Below, piece after piece: positions 1 to 11,262 of a DNA stretch of 56,000 nt (its first letter is position 1; each line of letters opens with the position of its first letter). The notes under the pieces were generated by a model. That model made no database searches, was not told the origin of the DNA, and saw nothing but the letters and a program-made list of their open reading frames with translations. A program made the position numbers and the translations under genes. This DNA comes from Candidatus Omnitrophota bacterium (lineage in GTDB: Bacteria > Omnitrophota > Gorgyraeia > Gygaellales > Profunditerraquicolaceae). The stretch is from positions 1-56,000 of the forward strand of contig QZKA01000004.1 of assembly GCA_003598135.1 (NCBI GenBank). Reading direction: 5' to 3'.

Positions 1-145
1 GCTCTAGTATAAGTATAGCGACATAAGTTATATGCGCGAATTTATCCACGCAGCTACGAGTAAATTTCGAAGAAATTTACGAAGTGTTTAGCTGCGGGGG
101 GGGGCTTAGTAAGAAAATCGCACTTTGCCTTCGCAGCAGTAACGA

Positions 146-466
146 AAGGCCAAGGCTTAGGCTAAGTAAGGTTAAAGGCCAAGGCTTTAGGTAGCTAGAT
201 TAATGACAAATGTACAAATACCCTGCCTGCCGGCAGACAGGCAAATCACAAATAAGCTCCAGATCCGAATAACCGAATCACCAAACCTGATATGTTTCAG
301 TCATTGGTCCTTTGGGCATTGGGATTTATTTGGGGTTTGAGTTTTGGAATTTGTGATTTGTCATTTATTTGTCATTGGTGTTTTGGTATTTGTCATTAGC
401 GCAATACGCATAACGCTGTACACATACGCATCCAGCACTCAATACTCTATACACAATACTCACTAC
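146..466. repeat. Composite intergenic repeat element, copy A: TAAGGY hexamer tract + imperfect long inverted repeat with embedded CCTGCC palindrome + heptamer tract
   Basis: TAATGACAAAT (201-211) / ATTTGTCATTA (388-398) inverted ends; palindrome CCTGCCTGCCGGCAGACAGG at 222-241; collinear similarity to 27062-27386. Confidence 0.85.
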
Positions 467-479
467 TGACCGTCTGCTC

Positions 480-751
480 ATGAAACAAAGGGCTCATGTA
501 TATTATAGCGGCAGGGTCCAGGGCATAGGGTTTAGGTTTACTGTGAGGCAGATTGCCGAAGATTCAGGCATTACTGGTTGGGTCAAGAATTTAAAAGACG
601 GCAGGGTGGAAGTAGTTGTCGAAGCCGAAGAAGGCACCATAAAGAAATTTTTGGGATCAGTTATTGCGCATTTCTCAAAATATATTCAGGATGCAGATGT
701 GCAATGGGGCCCTGCGACAGGTGAGTTTAAAGAGTTTGCTATAGCATTTTG

Positions 752-752
<1 letters not shown>
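480..752 (+). CDS. acyP: Acylphosphatase
   Basis: GRVQGIGFR and GWVKNLKDGRVE signatures, 90 aa. Confidence 0.95.
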
Positions 753-3972
<3,220 letters not shown>

Positions 3973-3976
<4 letters not shown>

Positions 3977-4590
3977 TTATAGAGCGGGTAACCGTCGGTC
4001 CAGTACAGACAAATTGTTATATTCTTGCGTTAGGGCGAGACCGAGAGGCGATACTCATCGATCCAGGAGATGAAGAACGCAGGATTAAGAAGGCCTTGCG
4101 TGATTACGGGCTTACTCCCTGTTGTGTTATCAACACCCACGGCCATTTTGACCATATTGGCTGTGATGACAAATTTTCTGTACCCGTCTATATTCACTCC
4201 GAAGACGCAAGGATGCTCAAAGACGCAGGCAGTAATTTCAGCAATCTTTTTTCTAATCCTGTCAGCGTCACAGGGGTTGAAATAAAATTAGTCCAGGATA
4301 AGGACCTGATCTCGCACGCAGGCATGGTGCTTGAAGTATTGCATACTCCGGGTCATTCTCCCGGGGGGATCGCGCTGCTTTTGAAAAAACCGGATAAAAA
4401 AGTGTTGTTTACCGGCGATACGTTATTCTTTCACGGCGTCGGCAGGACCGATTTCCCCGGCTCGGATGAATCCCTGCTTTTTAAGTCCATACGGGAAAAG
4501 TTGTTCAGTTTGTCTGATGATGTTACCATATATCCTGGCCATGGGCCGTCATCCACGATAGGCGTAGAAAAAAAGTCGATTGCAGTATAA
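3973..4590 (+). CDS. MBL-fold metallo-hydrolase (glyoxalase II-like)
   Basis: THGHFDH, HTPGHSPG, FTGDTLF, YPGHG motifs. Confidence 0.93.
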
Positions 4591-4602
4591 ACGTCTGAAG
4601 TT

Positions 4603-5490
4603 ATGCAAGAACTCATTGAGACATTCATTGCGTATTTAACGGTTGAGAGGGGACTGGCGCGTAATTCCATACTCTCATACAAAAAAGACCTTTATAGCTA
4701 CGCAGATTTCTTGGAAAAGAAGACGGGGCTTTCGTTATCTAAGACTACAAGAAACGACATTACTAACTTTATGCTCTCTCAGAAAGACAGGGGTTTAAGC
4801 GCCAATTCTATTTCAAGGCGCCTGGCCGCGATAAGAATGTTTTACCGTTTTCTGGTGAGGGAAAGGATTCTAAAAAGCGACCCCAGCAGTTTAATCGATT
4901 CTCCTAAGCTGTGGAAGAAGATTCCCGAGACGCTTTCCGTCAATGAAATCGAATTGCTGCTGGCGCAACCGGAAACGAGAAATGTCCAGGGAATGAGGGA
5001 CAAGGCGATTTTGGAAGTGCTGTATGCGACGGGCATGAGGGTTTCGGAAGCAGCCCATTTAAAGATGGATGGTGTTAACGTGGAGGTGGGTTTTTTGCGT
5101 TGTATCGGCAAGGGGAACAAAGAAAGGATTATTCCTCTTGGAAAAAAGGCGATCGCAGGCCTCAGACGTTACCTAGAGGCGAGCCGGCCGCACCTATTAA
5201 AGCAGAAGACGTCGGAATTTGTATTTATCAGCCGTTTTGGCAAAGGGCTATCCAGGCAATCATTGTGGAAGCTAATCAAAAAATATGCCAAATCCGCAAG
5301 AATTAAAAAGCCGATACGGCCGCATATCCTGCGTCATTCTTTTGCCACCCATCTTCTTGAGCGGGGGGCAGACCTGCGTTCAGTCCAGGAGATGCTCGGC
5401 CACGCGAATATCGCTACCACGCAAATCTACACACATATCAATAAGGATAGGCTTAAGGCGATACACAGGATGTTCCACCCCAGGCCATAA
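4603..5490 (+). CDS. xerD: Tyrosine recombinase XerD
   Basis: YATGMRVSE, HILRHSFATHLL, VQEMLGHANIATTQIYTH, C-terminal HPR; 295 aa. Confidence 0.93.
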   Translation: MQELIETFIAYLTVERGLARNSILSYKKDLYSYADFLEKKTGLSLSKTTRNDITNFMLSQKDRGLSANSISRRLAAIRMFYRFLVRERILKSDPSSLIDSPKLWKKIPETLSVNEIELLLAQPETRNVQGMRDKAILEVLYATGMRVSEAAHLKMDGVNVEVGFLRCIGKGNKERIIPLGKKAIAGLRRYLEASRPHLLKQKTSEFVFISRFGKGLSRQSLWKLIKKYAKSARIKKPIRPHILRHSFATHLLERGADLRSVQEMLGHANIATTQIYTHINKDRLKAIHRMFHPRP

Positions 5491-5503
5491 CAAGAGATAG
5501 AAG

Positions 5504-6817
5504 ATGCATAAAAAAACAGCTTCCTACACACAATACGGGATGAGGCAACTGCTTGATACGCTTAAGCCGGAAGTCAGGACATTGATCTCTACGGCGCAAC
5601 GCCTTGCCGGGGAAAAACGATTGCGTGCTTATTTGGTTGGAGGCTTTGTCAGGGACCTTTTTCTTGGAGCATCCAACCTTGATTTAGATATTATGGTTGA
5701 AGGCGACGGCATCGAATATGCAGATGCACTTTCTGCGCGTCTGAACGCACGATGTATCCACCACAAGAGGTTTGGTACGGCAACTCTGGTAACTGAAGGT
5801 CACCTGAAGATCGACATTGCTTCTTCACGCAAGGAAACGTATCCGGAACCGGCGAGCCTCCCTGAAGTAAAGCCGGGAAGTATTTTGGATGATCTGGCGC
5901 GACGAGATTTCAGCATCAATGCAATGGCAGTGAGCGTTAATTCAGATGATTTCGGGATGCTTATCGATGTATATGGCGGGTGTCGCGACCTAAAGAAGAA
6001 GCGCATCAGCGTATTGCATGAGAATAGTTTTGTTGACGATCCTACCCGTATCTTGAGGGCGATCAGGTTTGAGCAGCGTCTTGCTTTTTCTATTAGCTCA
6101 AAGACCTTGCGCTATCTTAGTGTTGCCTCACGCAAACGCATGCTGCAGAAGCTTAATTTACAGAGGGTGCGCGATGAAATAATGCTGATGCTTCAAGAAA
6201 AGAATCCCGTAGCACAGATGCAGCGGCTGGGCGGATTGTATGGTTTTTCTTTCCTTCATCCGCGCATCAGTTTTTCTTCAAAAACGCGCAAACTTTTTGA
6301 GTCTATCGAGCTGTGCCTTCAGTGGTTCAGCCGGAATTTTTCTCATCGCAGGCAGCTGGATAGTTGGTTATTATATTGCATCGCATTATTTGAGCCGCTT
6401 TCCGCATCTTCTACCCGCCAACTGGCGAAGAAACTGGCCTTGCGCCGAGGCGAGGAGAAAAGGCTGCTTGATTATAAAAAATCAGGACTTTGTATTCTGA
6501 AGGCCCTACAAAAAAAAGCCGTTGCCCCCAGCAGGGTCTTTGGATATTTGGAGCCTCACAGCTATGAGGTAATACTTTTTCTTGTAGCAAAAGCAAAAAA
6601 CGCGACCCTCAAAAGGCATGTGGAGGATTTTTTCAGACGCTACAACGGCATCCGCCACAGCGTTTCAGGCAGGGACTTATCAGGGCTTGGCATTACCCCG
6701 GGCCCTTTGTACGCCAAGATTTTTCGAGCCTTGATTAAGGCAAGGCTCGATGGAAAGGTGCGTTCAAAAAAAGAAGAACTCGTGTTCGTGCGCCGCTTGC
6801 AGAAATCTATTCGATGA
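5504..6817 (+). CDS. Class II tRNA nucleotidyltransferase (CCA- or A-adding type)
   Basis: GGFVRD, DLDI, RRDFSINAMA, DDPTRILRAIRFEQR. Confidence 0.88.
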   Translation: MHKKTASYTQYGMRQLLDTLKPEVRTLISTAQRLAGEKRLRAYLVGGFVRDLFLGASNLDLDIMVEGDGIEYADALSARLNARCIHHKRFGTATLVTEGHLKIDIASSRKETYPEPASLPEVKPGSILDDLARRDFSINAMAVSVNSDDFGMLIDVYGGCRDLKKKRISVLHENSFVDDPTRILRAIRFEQRLAFSISSKTLRYLSVASRKRMLQKLNLQRVRDEIMLMLQEKNPVAQMQRLGGLYGFSFLHPRISFSSKTRKLFESIELCLQWFSRNFSHRRQLDSWLLYCIALFEPLSASSTRQLAKKLALRRGEEKRLLDYKKSGLCILKALQKKAVAPSRVFGYLEPHSYEVILFLVAKAKNATLKRHVEDFFRRYNGIRHSVSGRDLSGLGITPGPLYAKIFRALIKARLDGKVRSKKEELVFVRRLQKSIR

Positions 6818-7095
6818 CGATCGGAATTTTAAAGGTAAGTATCTGGGTCCCCGAGAGCAATTCCTTAAAGACAAAAAGGATGGTGTTACATAGCATTAAG
6901 GCGCAGTTGCGCAACCGTTTCAATGTGGCAGTTACTCAAATTGCAGACGAGGATAAATGGCAGAAAGCAACGCTCGCGATTGTCGGCGTAGAAAAAACCA
7001 AAGCTCATATGAACAGCATTCTTTCCCGGATCTCGGATTTCTTGGGAGGGTTCGGCAATTTTGAGCTTATTGATCACTGTATCGAGCTTATCTAA
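6814..7095 (+). CDS. DUF503 (YlxP-like) protein
   Basis: SLKxKR and RFNVAV motifs; typical position upstream of rbfA. Confidence 0.85.
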   Translation: MTIGILKVSIWVPESNSLKTKRMVLHSIKAQLRNRFNVAVTQIADEDKWQKATLAIVGVEKTKAHMNSILSRISDFLGGFGNFELIDHCIELI

Positions 7096-7122
7096 AGGTA
7101 CACGCACAGGAGGAAAACAGCT

Positions 7123-7500
7123 ATGTTAAGACATGACATGGTCCAGGCGCAGTTGAAGAGAGAGATCAGCCTTATTATCCACGACGAGCTCAGCGACCCG
7201 CGTCTCGGTTTTATTACTATCACTAAGGTTGAGCTTACCAAGGATCTGCGCTACGCCAAGGTACTCTTCAGTGTATTAGGCAATGACCAGGATTACAAAA
7301 AATGCCAGAAGGCGCTTGAAAGTGCGCTGGGTTTTATCCGGCGGCTGGTGGGCCAGCGGATAAGGCTGCGGTTTGTGCCGGAGCTTCTTTTTAAGGAAGA
7401 TAGGTCAAGCGAATACAGTACGCGGATACAGCAGATACTAGATGAGATAGGAGCGATGAATGAGCCTAAAAAAAGCAGTCGGGTGCATAAGAAAAAATAA
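7123..7500 (+). CDS. rbfA: Ribosome-binding factor A
   Basis: DPRLGFITITKVELTKDL, RLRFVPELLF; AGGAGG RBS. Confidence 0.95.
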   Translation: MLRHDMVQAQLKREISLIIHDELSDPRLGFITITKVELTKDLRYAKVLFSVLGNDQDYKKCQKALESALGFIRRLVGQRIRLRFVPELLFKEDRSSEYSTRIQQILDEIGAMNEPKKSSRVHKKK

Positions 7501-8440
7501 ACGTTTCTTACTTACCGCCCATATTAACGTAGAAGGAGACGCCTTGGGTTCGGAATTGGCGTTCTATAGGCTTTTAAGAAAGCTGAAGAAAAAGGCCGTT
7601 ATTGTAAATGCCGATACCTCTTTTTGTGATTATTCTTTTATGCCGGGGCTTTCCCGCATCATGCAGGCAAAGAAAAAGATGCGGCTTCCTCGGTTTGATG
7701 TATTTGTTGCGCTTGATTGTTCTGATATCAGCCGTGCAGGAGAAACACAATATATAAGCCAGGCAGATAAGCCGGTACTCAATATCGACCACCACATAAG
7801 CAATACCTATTTTGGCAGCGTCAATTGGATAGATACAGAAGCCTCCTCAACCGCAGAGATGGTGTATAGATTGTTCAAAGTTTTTAAGATCCCTATCGAT
7901 AAAGAATCTGCCCTGGCATTATATGTGGGTATGCTTACGGACACCGGGTCATTTCGTTATCCGAATACCACTGCGAAGACCCATAGGGCTGTGGCTGAAC
8001 TTCTTTCCCATCGCCTGAATATTACCCAGATACATAAGAATATTTATGGCAATATTCAGCTTGCGGATGTACAGTTAATCACTAAAGTCCTTGCAATGCT
8101 CAAGAGCGATCTTGGGGGTAAGATGGCCTGGTTTTCTATTCCTCGCAAAGTCCTTGCCTCTCGGAAAAACTCCACCCTTGACCTTACTGACCATGTCCTC
8201 AGCTTTGCGCGGGCAATTAAAGGAGTAGAGGTCGCTGTGCTCTTTAAAGAGAATATAAAGCCTCAGGATGGGATACGGGTGAATTTGCGCTCTCAGGGCA
8301 AAGTGAACGTGAACGCCATTGCTCGTTTTTTCGGAGGAGGGGGGCATAGAACTGCCAGCGGTTGTACTGTCCAAGCGACGCTTACGCATGCGCGTAAAGC
8401 AGTATTGCAAAGAATCCGCCAGGCTTTGCTGAAGTTGTGA
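7460..8440 (+). CDS. nrnA: DHH/DHHA1 phosphoesterase (NrnA-like oligoribonuclease/pAp phosphatase)
   Basis: HxNxxGDALGS, IDHH, TDTGSF, GGGGH motifs. Confidence 0.88.
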   Translation: MSLKKAVGCIRKNKRFLLTAHINVEGDALGSELAFYRLLRKLKKKAVIVNADTSFCDYSFMPGLSRIMQAKKKMRLPRFDVFVALDCSDISRAGETQYISQADKPVLNIDHHISNTYFGSVNWIDTEASSTAEMVYRLFKVFKIPIDKESALALYVGMLTDTGSFRYPNTTAKTHRAVAELLSHRLNITQIHKNIYGNIQLADVQLITKVLAMLKSDLGGKMAWFSIPRKVLASRKNSTLDLTDHVLSFARAIKGVEVAVLFKENIKPQDGIRVNLRSQGKVNVNAIARFFGGGGHRTASGCTVQATLTHARKAVLQRIRQALLKL

Positions 8441-8447
8441 GTAGATA

Positions 8448-9368
8448 ATGAGAACAATATGGGGAATCGATAAAATACCGCATTATCGCAAGGTCGCCTT
8501 GGCAATCGGGGTTTTCGACGGGGTGCATACCGCGCACCGCGTTATTTTAAGAAAAACGGTGAAAAAGGCGCGTCAGATACACGGCAGGAGCATGGTGTTG
8601 ACGTTTTGGCCTCATCCGCAGAAAGAACAAAGCCTTTATTCGATAACTCACCGCTTGCAATTAATCGCTGGTACGGGTATCGACGTATGCGTGGTAGCTA
8701 GTTTCACCCGTCGATTTGCGCAATGGCAGCCTGAGCAATTTATTCGCAATGTCCTCGCTCGGTCAATAAGTCCGGCGCATGTATTCGTCGGAAAAAATTT
8801 CAGGTTCGGCAAAAACGCAAAAGGCAACGTCAGATTACTTAAAAAGATGTCTTCTGGCTGTGGTTTTAATCTTAATGTGGTCGATACTATCAAAGGGCAG
8901 GCAAAGTCCATAAGCAGCACTTTTATCAGGGTACTGATTAAAGGGGGGCGGCTCAACCAAGCGAAAAAATTACTCGGCCGGCCTGTGAGTGTCTTGGGTA
9001 CGGTAAAGCGGGGTTTTTCTATAGGCAGGCGGCTGGGGTTTCCTACTGCTAACATCAATCCGCACCATGAAGTAACGCCTCCTCAGGGCATCTATCTGGT
9101 GAAGATAGTGTTGAATAAAAAGATACTGCACGGGCTTTGTTATATAGGCAGGCGGCCGACGTTTTGTTCCCGGCTCCGTAGATCCCCGGAGCGGATAGAG
9201 GCGCACATGCTGGATTTTAATCAAACAATATACGGTAAAGACCTGGAAATCCAGTTCATGCGGAAGATAAGGAATGACAAGAAATTTACCTCTAGGTTTC
9301 TCCTGGCCGAACAGATCAAAAAAGATGTGCTCTTCGCAAGGCAATTCTTCTCCACCCACCGTAACTAA
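8448..9368 (+). CDS. ribF: Bifunctional riboflavin kinase / FAD synthetase
   Basis: GVFDGVH, ISSTFIR, GRRLGFPTAN, GRRPT. Confidence 0.95.
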   Translation: MRTIWGIDKIPHYRKVALAIGVFDGVHTAHRVILRKTVKKARQIHGRSMVLTFWPHPQKEQSLYSITHRLQLIAGTGIDVCVVASFTRRFAQWQPEQFIRNVLARSISPAHVFVGKNFRFGKNAKGNVRLLKKMSSGCGFNLNVVDTIKGQAKSISSTFIRVLIKGGRLNQAKKLLGRPVSVLGTVKRGFSIGRRLGFPTANINPHHEVTPPQGIYLVKIVLNKKILHGLCYIGRRPTFCSRLRRSPERIEAHMLDFNQTIYGKDLEIQFMRKIRNDKKFTSRFLLAEQIKKDVLFARQFFSTHRN

Positions 9369-9441
9369 CCACAACCTATAACCTCATATCTTCCATTATA
9401 CACTACATCTTGTGTGGCAAAAATTTAGGTCAATTTTTGTC

Positions 9442-9470
9442 TTGACAAAAAATGAAAATTTAATTATACT
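9442..9470 (+). promoter_or_regulatory. Sigma70-type promoter of the dcw operon
   Basis: TTGACA (9442-9447) - 17 bp - TATACT (9465-9470). Confidence 0.85.
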
Positions 9471-9480
9471 TTGGTTACTG

Positions 9481-9505
9481 AGTGGTGAAAAGTGGATTTA
9501 AGTGG
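9481..9505 (+). promoter_or_regulatory. MraZ-binding repeats
   Basis: AGTGG at 9481, 9491 and 9501 (10-bp period) directly upstream of mraZ. Confidence 0.85.
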
Positions 9506-9520
9506 AGGACATAAAAAGCT

Positions 9521-9970
9521 ATGTTTTATGGGGAGTATTTCCATTCCATAGACCGTAAAGGCCGCCTTATCATGCCCGCTAAGTTTCGCGAGGTAGCAAA
9601 GAATAATTTCGTTGAAAAGTTTTTCGTTACCCGCGGTTTGGACAAATGTCTTTTTATGTTCTCGGAAGAAGAATGGAAGAGCCAGGAACTGAAATTTAAG
9701 GCCATGCCTTTTACCAAACAGCAGGCGCGCGTGTTCAACCGTATTTATTTTTCCGGGGCGGTCGATGTAGTGCCGGATAAACAAGGAAGGATTCTCCTGC
9801 CGCAGTATCTAAAGGAATTTGCCGATATCAAGAAAGAGGTCGTAATCGTAGGGATCTCTAACAGGATAGAAATCTGGTCGAAAGACAAATGGAGAGAATT
9901 TTATGGGACTTGGCAGCCTGCGTTTGAAGAAATCTCCGAGAAATTGATTGATACCAAGGATAGCCAGTAA
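9521..9970 (+). CDS. mraZ: Transcriptional regulator MraZ
   Basis: Two DxKGR/DKQGR AbrB-like repeats, RIEIW. Confidence 0.96.
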   Translation: MFYGEYFHSIDRKGRLIMPAKFREVAKNNFVEKFFVTRGLDKCLFMFSEEEWKSQELKFKAMPFTKQQARVFNRIYFSGAVDVVPDKQGRILLPQYLKEFADIKKEVVIVGISNRIEIWSKDKWREFYGTWQPAFEEISEKLIDTKDSQ

Positions 9971-10875
9971 TGATAATGACGGCGGAAAAGATGCTGCATA
10001 TTCCGGTGATGTGTAGTGAGGTAATGGATAATTTAGGCCTTGCCCGGGGCAAGGTAATTGTCGATGCTACCATTGGCACTGCAGGTCATAGCCTTGGTAT
10101 TGTTGAAAAGATAATGCCCGGTGGCAGGTTGATCGGTATCGACAGGGATAAAGAATCTCTGGCCGTGGCAGCTGAGAGGTTAGAGGCTTTCAGTAAAAGT
10201 TGTGAATTCGTGCATGGGAATTTTTGCAATATCGATACGATTCTAAAGAACCTGGGTATTAATGGCGTAGATGGTATCATTTTCGATCTGGGGATTTCTT
10301 CTTTTCAGTTGGACAATCCGGAGCGGGGTTTTAGTTTTCAGGCGGAAGGGCCGCTGGATATGCGCCTTGACCGTAATAGTTATATTTCGGCATACGATTT
10401 GATAAACAACCTCAATGAGCACGAGATTTCCCACCTGCTTTGGCTTTTTGGGCAGGAGAGATGGCATAACAGGATAGCTCGTTCCCTCGTTCAGGAGCGC
10501 CAGAAACATCCTATTGTTACTACTGCCCAATTAAGCGATATTGTCGTGAGATCAGTGCCTGCTGCCTATAGGCATTACCGTATCCATCCGGCAACGAGGA
10601 CATTCCAGGCGGTGCGCATCGCGGTAAACAGAGAGCTTGAGGCATTGGAATTGGCACTTGAGAAGGCAGTGGCATTGTTGAATAAAAAGGCCAGGATTTG
10701 CGTTATCTCGTTTCATTCGCTCGAAGATAGGATTGTTAAATTAAATTTCCGCAAGGCAGCATCTGCTGGCATGTTATCAGTAGTGACGCCGAAGCCTCTG
10801 GTCCCCGGGGAATCTGAGGTGCGTCAGAATTCCGCAAGCCGCAGCGCTAAGTTTAGGGCAGCTCAAAGAAAGTAG
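9970..10875 (+). CDS. rsmH: 16S rRNA m4C1402 methyltransferase
   Basis: HIPVM, DLGISSFQLD, HPATRTFQAVRIAVN, SFHSLEDRIVK; start could be 9976 or 9991. Confidence 0.96.
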   Translation: MIMTAEKMLHIPVMCSEVMDNLGLARGKVIVDATIGTAGHSLGIVEKIMPGGRLIGIDRDKESLAVAAERLEAFSKSCEFVHGNFCNIDTILKNLGINGVDGIIFDLGISSFQLDNPERGFSFQAEGPLDMRLDRNSYISAYDLINNLNEHEISHLLWLFGQERWHNRIARSLVQERQKHPIVTTAQLSDIVVRSVPAAYRHYRIHPATRTFQAVRIAVNRELEALELALEKAVALLNKKARICVISFHSLEDRIVKLNFRKAASAGMLSVVTPKPLVPGESEVRQNSASRSAKFRAAQRK

Positions 10876-10881
10876 GTCACT

Positions 10882-11253
10882 ATGAAACTCTGTAGATTCT
10901 TGGTATTCGCATGTATCCTGACGAGCATTGCGGTGGCATATGTATGGCAGCAGTCAGAGGTAGTAAGGCTTGCGTATGTGGGACAAGCAAAATCGACGGC
11001 GTTTCAGGACCTACTCGACAAGAATTCACAGCTGCGGTATTCTTTGAAACAGAATACCTCCCTGATCCATTTGGCATCCAAGGTGACGGACAAAAGCGAT
11101 TTCCAAATGCCTAACAACTATTACCTGGTGAAATTGACTTCTCCCCAAGAAAGGGCAATTTCAGAGAATAATCGTGTTTCAAGAACGCTTAGATTAGTAT
11201 ATCGTCTCTTTGGTGTGCAAAGGGAAGCCGAAGCTAAGACGCTCAATCGCTAA
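10882..11253 (+). CDS. FtsL-like membrane protein
   Basis: Single N-terminal TM followed by coiled coil, located between rsmH and ftsI. Confidence 0.65.
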   Translation: MKLCRFLVFACILTSIAVAYVWQQSEVVRLAYVGQAKSTAFQDLLDKNSQLRYSLKQNTSLIHLASKVTDKSDFQMPNNYYLVKLTSPQERAISENNRVSRTLRLVYRLFGVQREAEAKTLNR

Positions 11254-11262
11254 CATATTGTT

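Noticed and set aside
4603-5490. Tyrosine recombinase as a prophage or island integrase
   Set aside because: Typical chromosomal XerD size and motifs, embedded among housekeeping genes, with no att sites or cargo.
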